Shown here one piece after another: positions 50,986 through 63,247 of a DNA stretch of 64,000 nt (position 1 is the stretch's first letter; the number at the start of each line of letters is the position of its first letter). Under the pieces are notes generated by a model. It ran no database searches and was not told the DNA's origin. It saw nothing but the letters and a program-made list of their open reading frames with translations. The position numbers and the translations under genes are program-made. The DNA comes from Chiloscyllium plagiosum (lineage: Eukaryota), in contig NC_057720.1 of assembly GCF_004010195.1 (NCBI RefSeq), positions 29,165,732-29,229,731 of the forward strand, in the 5' to 3' direction.

Positions 50986-52324
50986 TTTCCTAATTACTCT
51001 GTCAAAATCCATTATTCTTCTGAATATTACTACCTTGTCTCCACTTGTTGTTCTGTTTTGCTATGACAACACTCCCAGTTTTTCCAATCTGTCCATACCA
51101 GTAAACTCTTTCAAATTTGACATCATCATGGCAACCTTCTCTGTAGCCTCACTAGAGCCTTGACAGCCCTCTTTAAGATGTGGTGCCCAACGTTTCTCCT
51201 CCTATGTACCATCAGACCAAGGGGAAAGAGCAGGCAAAATACAATTAATTGGATAGCTCTACCAAAAAATTGGCAGAGGCATAAATGACAACATGATGTC
51301 CTTCTATTTCATATCGTTCTATGACTTCATATCCATTGAGACCAGAACGGTAACCTTTCAAGGTTTAGCATGACTTGCTTGTTTTGAATTCAATGCCTTT
51401 TAGAGCCAAGTATCACATGCACTTCCTGAACTGCCTTAACTTGCCTTGGCACTTTGAAGAATTAGTTAATATGGACCCACCCCAGGTTTCTTTGTTCATT
51501 CACTGCCCTCGAAAATGTACTGATTTCTGTAACTCCATTGTTTCTCTCCCAAAGTGCATCACTGAACATTTACCTGCCCTAAGTTGCCTCCGCCTATCTC
51601 AGCAGACTATCAATGCATTCTGGAATTCAGCTAGTATCCTGCTTTCAGTTTTCTGCATTAGAGTTCTGTATCCTATTTTGCAAGAAATGCAATTGTCCTA
51701 AGATCCACTCTTGTAAAATTCCACTGCATCCATCTCTCCGATGAGACAAACGTATTTTTGCCATTCCTGTCTCATATACTTCAGCCGATTATGTAACCAA
51801 GTTACCATTGCCCCTTTAACACAATTTGCTTTTATTTTTTGAAGAGGTTTGTTGGGTATTACTTTCTCAAAATTTTTTGAGCATATATGTATATATACAT
51901 ATATATTGTATAATATATAGGTAGCTACCTTCTTCAATTCTCTTGTTGTTTCAACATAAAACTCAAGAATACATGGGTCTTCTGTCATTAGTGAAATAAA
52001 TACTTGCTCACAACACAATGGAGCACATTGTTTACAGGATAATGTAACATTTCATTTTCACACTTGAGACTAGTGACAAAGTTTGATTCATCTTGATTAT
52101 CACCATCTGCTCCACAAGTGATTGGTGAGAAAATACTCTGACTTCTTTATATTTTACAAATAATTCCCATCTGCATGTTGCAATGTGGGTTTCTCCTCAG
52201 CACAAACAATATGTTTGTTGTAAAAACAAATGATTATTTACACAAAGCAGAGGAGGGATTAATTGAAATTAATTGTTTGAACAAGGTGCTAACTAGACTC
52301 TGAAAGCGGGTTTGGAGATCATGC

Positions 52325-52920
52325 ATGGATGAAAACTGTTGCCTGCAACTCTTGTGGCATATGGAAACTTCAGGATGTATTATACATTGTGGGAGACTAT
52401 ATGTGTAGAAAACGTTTCCAGCTGCTTCAGGTCGAGCTCAGGTTTTCCAGCTTTGAGGGGCAACCGGAATCATGTGCAAAGCAACTGGGAACCGGAGTGT
52501 TTCGTGGATTCTGCAGTCCAGGAGGTGACCACACTACAGGCTATGTGTTCTGGACAGTAGATTGCTGGCCATCCGGATGAATAGGAATGGCAGCTGTCCT
52601 TGTGTATATGCCACCTTCAAGCCAATACTCTGTACTGGAGATTGCTGGAGGTGATGATACATTGAGTTAGAACCACAGCACTAATGGGTAAGCTAGTGCA
52701 CAGGAGGGAATGACTTGGAATGTTGCAACCACAGAGTCTGAACAAAGTATATCATGGTGAGGGTGCATATATTCTGCACGGTGAATGGAATGAGTTAAAA
52801 ATTGAGGTGCATGACACGACCATTGCCATTGAGGCTCTTCAGTTAAACTTTTAGGATTTAGGAAGGAAATTAAAAACTAGGACCTTTTAAAGATGGTAAA
52901 CTCAGGTGTTCCCTGCATTC
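52325..52920 (+). mobile_element. CR1 ORF1 remnant (N-terminal zinc finger/coiled coil)
   Basis: ACNSCGIWKL...GDYMCRK..QLLQVELR..FE fits the CxxCxxW...DYxCRKCxQL pattern of CR1 ORF1. Confidence 0.65.
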
Positions 52921-53059
52921 AGTGCTAGGACTTTTGCTTTATTGTTAAGTATGTAAATAAGTTAGATACTGGTCAATAGAGCAAAATTTGACAATTCCAA
53001 CTTGGAGGTGTGACTGCAACAGGACATAGGTAGCTGAGCAAAACAGGCAGGCAGAAATT

Positions 53060-53345
53060 GGAGCAGTACAGTGATTCAGTTAGCACTGCTGCCTCATAGC
53101 ATCATAGGTCCAGGTTCAATTCCAGCCTTGTACGACTGTCTGTGTGGAGTTTGCATGTTCTCCCCATATCTGATTTTGCCCATAGTGTCCAAGGATGTGC
53201 AAGTTGGGTAGTTTAGTCGTTGTAAATGCAGGGTTATGGGGATACAGTAATGTGACTGGTCTGGATGGGATGCTCTTCAGTGGGTTGTGCCGACTCGATG
53301 GGCCATATGGCCTGCTTCCGCACTGTAGGAATTCTATGATTCTAA
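53060..53345 (+). mobile_element. Diverged HE1 SINE
   Basis: TTAGCACTGCTGCCTCA...GGTTCAATTCC...TGTGGAGTTTGCATGTTCTCC. Confidence 0.85.
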
Positions 53346-54385
53346 GTGGCCAATGGAATTTATCGCAAAGAAATTTGAGGTGATACATTTTGATAGAAGG
53401 TATAGGGAGATGCAGTATAGACATAATGGAACAGCTCTAAAGAGTATGCAAAGACTGAGGAACCTGGAAGTTAAGGTGCATACCTCTTCAAAGGTGACAG
53501 GATATGTTGAGAGCGCATTTAGCCAAGCCTGTGGGAGCTTGGGTCTTATTAACAGAGATACCAAATTAAAAACAGGCAAATTATTTTTAAATGTTTATAA
53601 ATCTCCGCTTTGACTACGCATACTGCTTCCAGTTTTGATCATCACCAAGTAGGGAGAATGTGAAGGCTCTTGAAAGGGCACAGAGAAATTTTACCAGAAT
53701 AGTTTCTGGCATGGGATTTTTAACTACAAGGTTAGGACAACCCCAGCTTAGGACAAGCTGGGGTTGTTCCCCATTGGTCAAAGGAGGTTGCGGGGAGATT
53801 TCATAGAGGTGAGCTTGATTATGACCATTTGAGACACGGTAAACAATAAGAAAAAGCTGTCCCCATTAGCTAATAGTACAGGACAGGGGGTTGGGGGGTG
53901 GTAGGGGCATGGATATTTTTTTCAGACAAGAGAAGCGGAGGGGGTATGAAAGGATTTTATTTAATGCAGTGAGTGGTACTACCTTGGAATTCAACCTTGT
54001 GAGGGTTGTGGATATGGAGGTGATCAATCAGATCAGATATGATCTTATTGAATAATGGAACTGTCTAGAGGGACTAAATAGCCCACTGCTGCTTTTAATT
54101 CAGGAACACATGTACAACATGGTGGGATTTGAGGGGATGCAAAATATTTTTGAGGATCACACAGAGGGTGGTACGTGTATAGAATGAGTTGCCAAAGAAA
54201 GTGGTGGAGGCTGGTACAATTGTAACATTTAAGAGGCATCTGGATGGGTACATGAATAGAAAGGGTTTGGAGGGATATGGGCCGGGTGCTGGAGGTGGGA
54301 CTAGATTGGATTGGGATATTTGGTCGGCATGGACGAATTGGACTGAAGGGTCTGCTTCCATGCTGTACATCTCTATGATTCTATG
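53346..54385 (+). mobile_element. Two CR1 3' fragments (53346-54090 old; 54155-54385 HER1 tail)
   Basis: MEFIAKKFEVIHF...; VVEAGTIVTFKRHLDGYMNRKG. Confidence 0.8.
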
Positions 54386-54599
54386 ATAGTGGAACATTGG
54401 GTTATATTTATAGGGAACCATTGGGTTATATTTATAGGAAACAATGAGCAGGTTGGGTCTCCTTTCTTTTTAATTAAGAACATTTGAGGAGAAACCTAAA
54501 AAAGTCTTTAAAGTTAAGAGGTTTCATTGGAGTTGACACAAAGCGTGAATTTTCCCCATGACAAAGAAACAATTCCAAAAATTGATTTTGGAATCCAAA

Positions 54600-54840
54600 C
54601 TCCTTCCATTGGAAAAGTGAAAGTCAATATTACACATCACCACAGGAAATGATGTCTCTGACCCAAGGAAACCTAAACACACAAATAAAGGTCGGGCCAT
54701 ACCACCAGTGCTTCATCCAGAGGCTCACTGATGTTACCTAGTATGGTGAAGAAACGTCAGAAACCGAACCTTACAGCTCAGCGAGCAAACCTACATCCAG
54801 AACCTCAACACGAGCTACAAATCTTCTCAAAACTCACTAA
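54600..54840 (+). mobile_element. Penelope 3' terminal remnant, third family
   Basis: CACTGATGTTACC-TAGTAT-GGTGAAGAAACGTC degenerate hammerhead followed by CAGCTCAGCGAGCAAAC...CTACAAATCTTCTCAAAAC. Confidence 0.6.
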
Positions 54841-55522
54841 TCAATTATTTTAAAGTCAGGATCAACCTCTGCCTCCTTCCAGTAGACCTTCGGGCAGTGC
54901 TTGGAGTTCTTGGCTGAGAGCCTGGAAAATTGGCTGGATCAAAGACAAATTTACTGGAACATTCTGCACATGTTCGTTATTGAGAAAAATCTGATGAATA
55001 TTATGTTGGATAGAGTTATAGAAAGTAGTGGAGTGAATTGCTCATCGCAACCTTGCCACAACACAGTGTTTGTTTTTGTAGAAACAGAAAACGTGTGAGA
55101 ACTGTATCTCTGTTCAAGTTATGAACTTACTTTCACCCTATCCTGCATCATTGCTATAGAACCACTGCCCACTCAGTGTGCCTATGACATTAATGTAAGG
55201 TTTGCCAATGTCACTTTGCTGCAACTATAATTTACACTGACTATGTTTCCAGTACTTCCATACCCTCCCCTCCACCTCTTTGGTAAGAGTAGGGGATTCA
55301 TTGGGGTGTTACTTTGCACAAAGATGGTTAAATGCTGAAAACTGTATCCTTTGTATGTTAATGAAGGTAGTTTGACAGTACTCTCATCTGGATTTGCAGC
55401 TGTGCTACTCAATCACCTAAATGGATAAAAAGGAAACTGTAAAATAATTGTATTATTTTAAATAAATTGTACATGAGGGAAAACAAAACTCTTTACTTTT
55501 AACTTTGTCTCCTCTTCCATAG

Positions 55523-55725
55523 GTGTTCCTTTCCCCAAGAATTTTATGCAACTCTGTAAGAAGATTCTCACGAGACTTTTCCGAGTCTTTGTTCATGTTT
55601 ACATCCACCACTTTGATCGGATTACTGCCATGGGAGCAGAAGCCCACGTCAATACCTGCTACAAGCATTTTTACTACTTTGTGACAGAGTTTGACTTGAC
55701 TGATGAGCGGGAGTTGGAGCCTCTG
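55523..55725 (+). CDS. MOB3C: MOB3C-like, second coding exon (203 nt)
   Basis: Pyrimidine tract + AG at 55521-55522. Continues in frame from the phase-1 donor: (G)[67 protein letters not shown]. Donor CTG|GTATGT at 55726. The two exons total 621 nt = 207 codons; about 9 C-terminal residues are expected in a further exon. Confidence 0.96.
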
Positions 55726-55910
55726 GTATGTATGTTTTGATTGTATGTGCTTCTGAGTCATACCGTGACTTCATGTTTCTGTTGGCTTTATTTTGATGAA
55801 ATAATCTTGCATTTTGCTAATTGTGACGTAGAAATGTTCAGCTGCCGTTAGTGATGGATGTTTATGGATATAGAATATAAGACCCATTTGGCATCATGGG
55901 CCTTGCCACC

Positions 55911-56005
55911 ATTCCTGAAGAAGGGCTCATGCCCGAAATGTCGATTGTCCTGTTCTTTGGATGCTGCCTGACCTGCTGCGCTTTTCCAGCAACACATTTT
56001 CAGCT
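55911..56005 (+). mobile_element. Penelope terminal remnant with hammerhead motif (55911-55946)
   Basis: ATTC-CTGAAGA-A-GGGC-TCAT-GCCC-GAAA-TG-TC-GATT followed by GATGCTGCCTGACCTGCTG. Confidence 0.75.
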
Positions 56006-58650
56006 CTTGCCATCAATCAATACGTTTATGGCTGACATGTTTGTGTTTTTGAATTTCACATTCTTATCTATTTCCAATGATCTTTGATTCCACTGACTAA
56101 GAAAACATTTATCCACCTCTGTCTCAGAAATGTTTAATGACCCAAGTTCACCACCTTCTGAGGAAGAGTTCTGAGGACACCCAGAACTCAGAGATAAAGA
56201 AATTCCTCTTGGCTCTGTTTTGAAAGGGTGACCTCTGATTTTAAAATAGAGACCCAAGGTAGGGAATGGCTCACAATTAGAAACATTCCTCCACATATAC
56301 CTTGTCAAGACCATTCAGGATCTTGTACTCTTCAATCAAGTCACCCCTCATTTTCCTAAACGCCAATCAAGGCCAGCCAGTCCAACCTATCCTTAAGACA
56401 ATCCATTCATTCTGGGTCTCAATCTAGTAATCTTGCTCTGAAGTGCCTTTGATGTATTTACATGTTTTCTTAAATAAGGAGACCACATTGCACTCAAAAT
56501 ACTGTGCACACTATTTGATATGTAGTCTTACTAAAGCTGTATATAACTGAAGTATAATATCCTTCCTTTTATGTCCTTTCATAACAAAGGATAGCATCTT
56601 ATTAGCCTTGAGCCTCCTTGATTTATGTGCTGAAACTGCATGCTAAATTCCTGAGACTCATGCACTAGAACACCCAAGTACCTCTATATCTCAGATTTCA
56701 TTCTCCATTCAAGTGATACACTTGTTAAACGTTTTCCTGCTAAAGTGAACAACTTCATATTTTCCCACAATATACACCATCTACCAGAGTTTTGCTCAAT
56801 AGCTCTACTAGTCTAGATCCTTCTCAAACCCCCTCATATCTTCACCACAACATATTTTCCTATCAATTTTAGCAAATTCAGTTACCAAGCCGTCACTTCC
56901 CTCATTATAAATCATATAAATTTGATGCCCCAGTAATAACCTGTGTGGAACTGCATTCATCAAAGACCCAGTTACGTGTGCTCTATTTTCTGCTGAACAT
57001 CTAAATCTTCTGTCCATGCTAATACATTATCCCTAACGCTATGAAGTTTATTTTGTGCTCTATGTATTGTTGTGGCAAATTCCTTTGGAAATCTAAGTAC
57101 AGGTCATCTACTGACCCCCATTTATCCACAGAAAGTTATTTCTTCAAAGTAAACAAAATTAGTTAAACATTATTTCTCCTTCACAACACTATACTCATTC
57201 TTCCCAATTATCTGGGGTTTTTCTAAGTGTGGCCCTATAACCTCTTTAATGATTGATTCCAACACCTTTTCTATGACGGACTCAAACTCAGTAGTCTCTT
57301 GTCACCTCTCTTTCTGACCCTACGAGAGCCTTTCTGCACCCGGGGATTTGTCTGCTCTAAACTCCATTACTTTGCTCATTACTGCTTACCTGCTGATTGT
57401 AATTTCACTAAATTGCTTTCTCTCTTTCCAATGGCAACATTTAGAAGGCATTTGGATGGGTATATAAATAGGAAGGGTTTGGAGGGAAATGGGCCGGGTG
57501 CTGGCAGGTGGGACTAGATTGGGTTGGGATATCTGGACGAGTTGGACCGAAGGGTCTATTTCTGTGCTGTACATCTCTGACTCTATGACTTTTTAATTTA
57601 CAGTTGTTACTGGAATGTTTTTTGTATCCTCTGCAATGAAGACAATGCAAAATATTTGTTCTGCCTTTTATTACTTACTATTAACTCCCCATTCCGACTC
57701 ACTAGAAGTCCAACTTTCTCTTTTCCTTTTGAATACCTGTAGAACTCTTGCCATCCATTCTTACATTTGTAGCTAGCTTTCTCTCATATTGTTTTTATTA
57801 GCCTGATTTAACCTCTACCATTCTTTATATTCTGATCAATTATCTGGCCTGCCATTTACCTTTTCTGCAATTGCCTGCTATTTCCCTAACTTTAGTTAAT
57901 CATGAATGGTGGGTCCTCCTGTGAAACCTTCCTTTTAAAGTAGGTACATATTTATTTAGAGGATTCTGAATGCCTGCCATTGCATCTTTGTTGATCTATC
58001 CCTTAGTCAAGTATGCCAATTCATATTTTGGTTTTCATGCCCACATAGTCACCCTTGCTTTAGTTTAAAATACTCTTGAAAGACACAATCATCTCCCTTT
58101 CGGACTAGATATAAAATTCAATCAAATTATGGTTACTGCTACTGAGGGGTATCTTTACTGTGAGGTCTTGAATTAGTCCTGTCACAGTACACAATGCAGT
58201 ACCACGTCCAATATAACATGATCTCTGGTTGGTTTAAGAATGTGCCACTTGAAGAAATTATCTTGAAGCCATTCTATAAATTCATCATAGCCACTGCAGC
58301 CAACCTGTTTGTTCCAGTCTATGTGCAGATTATTACCATTTCTTTATCATATCCGTTCTGTATTTCTTCTTGTATTCTTTGTCATAAACTATCTGTTACT
58401 GTTAGGAGGCTAATAGATCACTCCCAGTAGTGACTTCTTTCCCCTATACCTCATCTCCACTCAAACTGTTTGTACATCCTGATCTTCTGAACCAAGGTTA
58501 TCTCTAATTATTACACCAATGCCATCCTTCATGAGAAGTGCTACCCCATTCACCTATTCTTGTTGAATGTTGCGTACTCCTCAATATTGTGGACCCATTT
58601 TTGTCATCCTGCAATCACATTGCTGCAATAGTAATATATTTACATTTTCA
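56006..58650 (-). mobile_element. Old degenerate CR1 (with a + strand HER1 tail nested at ~57430-57590)
   Basis: Reverse CR1 3' UTR and ORF2 motifs (FKIRGHPFKTE; LVTEFAKI...KDLD). Confidence 0.65.
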
Positions 58651-60169
58651 GTCTCAAGTGGGAACTCCTACCTTCCAGAAAATCCTGTGTTGTGTGTTTG
58701 CACAAAACTAATAAAGGTTTAGTTGTGGGGCTGCCCAGTCAGAGCAGCTATGTAAATTAATTAGCAGCACTTTATCCAATTATATGGTTATGTCACAGTA
58801 TAAAGTGTGTTCTAACAAAGCACCACAAGAATTCCAATGCTTCACACTGTCTTGCTGGGCCAAATTGTCAACCCATTCCCTGGTGTACAATTTTAATACA
58901 ATTGTTAACCTCTTTAAAACAAATTGATTTAATGCCACTAACACAACACAAGATGATCCTACATGAATTATTATGCAGTGCATTGTCAAAGGATGTTAAT
59001 CCCATACCACTACTGCATTGGCTGCTGTCCATTCTGCATATTTACTATCATCAAGTGACTTCTGGAATAGTGTACTACAGTGGAATATCTTTAACAGCAG
59101 TAAAGATCAGGAAGGATGATTTCATCTGATCCAAATAACAGCCGATTTGTTTTGCCTTATATTATCTAATGTTTCAACAATCACAGGATCAATCTGGAAT
59201 GCAGGACAACACCTTACTTCTTTTCTCAACTGCAAACCACCTGAACCCACCGGTAGGCCATCCTGTTTCAGGTTGGGACTTTGGTGTCAGGGTTGTCTGC
59301 AGTTTCCAGACAGATGGCCTGTTCACAAGTCGCCTGAAAAATACCAGTTGGTCTCCAGTGCTTGGCTTTTAAGTTGTTCTGACAAGCTCACCGTCAATTC
59401 TGCCCATTGAACCAGCCGGCAGAAACATGACTCTGAGATAAGTCACAGCGAGCAAGTGAGCCAACTGGGAAAAATTACATGCCAACCTTTTTTCATTCTC
59501 ACCCCCCCCCCCCCCATAACTAATCTGTCAGCAAAGTCCTGTCCTCCTCTTGCTGTCTCTTCCACCCTTGCCTCTAAAATGTGGAAGGAGTAAATAGATT
59601 GCTGTTCCACTGAGATTAAAATTACCCACTTTGTAGTTTTTCCTGATATGTTTTTTCTCCAGCTAGACATCTCCACCTGGTGCAACAAACCTCATGTTAT
59701 CTCCTGAAACATTCTAAACGTGGGTATGTGGTACTGGTGCATCCAACAGATGTTTTATTTCAGCCGATTAATATATACAAATAATACTTCACAAGCTATA
59801 CGGTTACAAAGAGTAACATTCTTCTATTCATGTGTCATTTGGTCCATGTTAGGATGGAGTCTGAAAATTTTATACTCTCAGGTCACATGCTGTAAAACAG
59901 TGATGGTATCATGAGTATGTCTCTGAAATGTTGACATATTAGATGAGAGACATAACATAACATGTATCACATCCTTTCCTTTCTCTAACTCAGTGAAACC
60001 TCCTCAAAGATTTTTTTCATTCCCTAAACCTATTTACAACTTTCTGTAGCTTCTCTCTTGCCTGCTACCTTGTCCTATCTTAGTCCCAACATACTCTCCT
60101 TCTATCCTTTCGACCCTATTCCTACCAAACAGCCAAAAATCCAACTTCTCTTTCTGATACTGTAAACAA

Positions 60170-60320
60170 AAAATGCTGGAAATGATAGCGGATCAGACAG
60201 CGTCCATAGAGAGAGAGCAAGTTAACATTTTGACTCAAGTTGACTGTGAGGAAGAGTCATCTAGACTCAATATTAGCTTGCTCTCTCTCCATGGATGGTG
60301 CCTGACCCGTTGTGTTTTCA
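60170..60320. mobile_element. Penelope-type palindromic terminus (related copy at ~5940-6030)
   Basis: TCCATAGAGAGAGAGCAAG / CTTGCTCTCTCTCCATGGA inverted arms. Confidence 0.6.
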
Positions 60321-60324
60321 GTAC

Positions 60325-60655
60325 AGATTAGATTAGATTCCTTACAGTATGGAAACAGGCCCTTCGGTCCAACAAGTCCACACTGACCCTCAAAGAGTAA
60401 CCCACCCAGAGCCATACCCTTATATTTACCCCTGACTTAATGCAGCTAACATTATGGGTAATTTAGCATGGCCAATTCACCTAACCTGCACTTCTTTGGA
60501 CTGTGGGAGGAAACCGGAGCACCCGGAGGAAACTTACGCAGACATGGGAAGAATGTGCAAACTCCAAATAGACAGTCCGCCAGAGGTGGGAATCAAACCC
60601 GGGTCCCTGGTGCTGTGAGGCACCAGTGCTAACCACTGAGCCACCATGCTGCCCC
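60325..60655 (-). mobile_element. HE1 SINE, near full length
   Basis: A box, B box, V domain and (TAATC)n tail on the reverse strand. Confidence 0.9.
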
Positions 60656-60857
60656 AAATTCTCTACAGTATGGGAGGGAATACAGATTCCAGCATCTGCA
60701 GGAATTTGCTTCTTCCCTTTCTAATAACCTGTAACATAATATTGTTAATAGTTCCCTCAAATCCTGCATCTTTTCCTTCAAATCTACCAACGTTCTCCTC
60801 AAAGAACAATACTTGGTGACCTCCTACAGGTAGTTCATATGCTACCCATAACACTTC

Positions 60858-62147
60858 CTACCTGTATGATACGAACAACACAATCTGGTGCACGTTGGCC
60901 CATTTCTCCTGTGCACTAACCTGCCGTGGTCTCCATTTCTGTCTTAGGATTCTATCTTTCAGATAATAACCCTCATGAATATTCTCTGCCTCCTTTTCGG
61001 AGTACACATCCACATATATATCGTTTATCATCTTGTCTTTCTGTTGCAAGTCTCTTAGCTTTTCAGGACTAAACTCTTCTGTCTGACCCTCTGCCTGTTC
61101 AGGTTTTTCCTGCATCATTATGTCAAACTGGGTGTCTGCTAACTGAACGTCAACTCTTTCATCTTTCTCTTTAGTTTTTGCTTCATGTTGTGACTTATGA
61201 TAGTAGGATCTTGTTACTACACAGTCTGGGAAAATACCAAGATATTTTTCTTTTAACTCCTCAGTTTCTTGGTCTTCCTTGGGCTTCTCCACAAGGGGTG
61301 TCACTCCCACCTTGGACCCTGTTAAATCATTCCCAAGAACAAACTGAATTCCTGGATCTGACACTCTGTCAATCACTCCCACTATAACTTCCCCAGTCTT
61401 GAGTTGGCACTCCAACCTGGTCTTATTTAGGGGAATGCAAAATCTCTGTCCATCTATCCCGCAAATTACCACATTCTCAGGTAACAGATCAGAAAGAGTA
61501 CAAATTTGCTGATCTCTTACTATTAGAGACTGGTTAGACCTTGTATCTCTCAAAATTATAACTTCTTTCCCTTCTCTCCTTGTTCTTTCTGAGTAAACTT
61601 TACCCACAGAAGTGAAGTCTTTATAGAGATCAGGCACTAACTCCATACCCAGCCCTTGTCTAGGCCGTGCACTCTCCTGCAGCTCCTCTGCTCTTCTTGG
61701 GGTTTCCTTTACTACATTCACTAATGCCACTGGCTTAGCTTCTTTTACCGCATATTTTCCCACAGTGCCTTTCTTTAACAACCAGCACAGTGACTTTGTG
61801 TGTCCCACTTTACCACAGTGGAAACACCTGAGGCTTTTCACCTCCTTCTCACCCTCTTGGGCTTCTTTTTTATCCTGTGGTAAACACCAGTGCTCTTTAC
61901 TCTGTTTTGTAGTGTAGCATCTCCCCTCCTCCCAACTTCTATCCCTCACGGGATGAAATTCTGGCTGGATGCTTCTCTTATGCACCAGCATGTATTCATC
62001 TGCTAACTCTGTTGCCCTTTTCACTTCCTGAATTTTCTGTTCATCCATGTGAATTGTTACCATCTCTGGAAGTGAGTTTTTAAACTCTTCCAGCAGAATA
62101 ATCTCTGTTAGAACCTCCTGGGTCTTATCTATCTTTAAGGCCTGCAC
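60858..62147 (-). pseudogene. Gypsy gag-pol remnant ORF (429 aa)
   Basis: Capsid/SCAN-like region, CCHC zinc knuckle, aspartic protease with DTG changed to DTR; bounded by frameshifts and stops. Confidence 0.85.
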
Positions 62148-63221
62148 CCATCAATCAAAATGAACTCAATGTAAGTCTGACCTGGTTCCTTCTTGTGTTT
62201 CTGAACCGCTGTCTATACGCTTCTGGTACCAATTCATAAGCTCTTAAAATAGCCTGTTTACCTCTTCATAATCTCTTGACTCCTCATCTGACAGTGCGGC
62301 AAATACCTCACCATCTCTGCCTACCAGTTTAGTCTGAACTAGCATTACTCATAAATCCTCAGACCATCCCAACTGCCTAGCCAATTTTTCAAATGAAATA
62401 AAGAAGGCTTTGACATCTTTCTCCTCAAATGTGGCAGAGTTTTGACATATTTGTATATATTACCGCTTTCTCTTTTAATCTCCATCATGTTGACTTTTCT
62501 GACTAAGTCACAACTTCTCAAGTTCAAATTCTCTCTTTTTGCTCAGCAAAGAACGTCCCCTCTCTCTTTTTCCTCTCTCTCTCTCTTTGTCTCTTTGTTT
62601 ATCTTCTATTTCCTCAATTGTAATTTAGGTTTTTCTAATTCCACTGCACTTTTTTTTTAGATTAGATTACTTACAGTGTGGAAACAGGCCCTTCAGCCCA
62701 ACAAGTCCACACTGACCCGCCGAAGCGCAACCCACCCATTTCCCTACATTTACCCCTTTACCTAACACTATGGGCAATTTAGCATGGCCAATTCACCTGA
62801 CCTGCACATCTTTGGAAACTTGTCTGTTTCTCTGACATCTCTAAGTGTTTGAGTAATTCCCGTACAATTTCAGCTTTACTTTTGTCCTTGGTTAATCCCA
62901 AATGTAACCTTTTTGCTAATTCTAAGAGTATGGTAATTTCTTTTCCTTCTAAACTTGGAAAATTTGGGAATCATCTTCAAACCCCAGAACATCTTTAACA
63001 ATTTTAAGAGCCATTTCTCTCACTTTTTTAATTTATCCAATCACAAGTAACTGAAATTAAACTAATTGTCTCACCTATGTTTTATTTAAAGATCTAGGAT
63101 ACTAACCAGTAAGTGTTTAATACTTGGCTTTTTTTCCCTACCTCAAATCTATTCATATCTGTCCAAATCTCAGGCTGGATCTGTCTAAACCTGCTCAAAT
63201 CGCGAATCCGAGACCCAAACT

Positions 63222-63247
63222 GTTCAAATCCTGGCAACGAGCCCCCA
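63222..63247 (-). promoter_or_regulatory. Primer-binding site complementary to tRNA-Pro
   Basis: + strand GTTCAAATCCTGGCAACGAGCCCCCA versus the tRNA-Pro 3' end GTTCAAATCCCGGACGAGCCCCCA; adjacent to the LTR end. Confidence 0.85.

Noticed and set aside
54391..54442. ~25-bp tandem duplication (CATTGGGTTATATTTATAGG)
   Set aside because: Only two copies next to a LINE tail; ordinary slippage.
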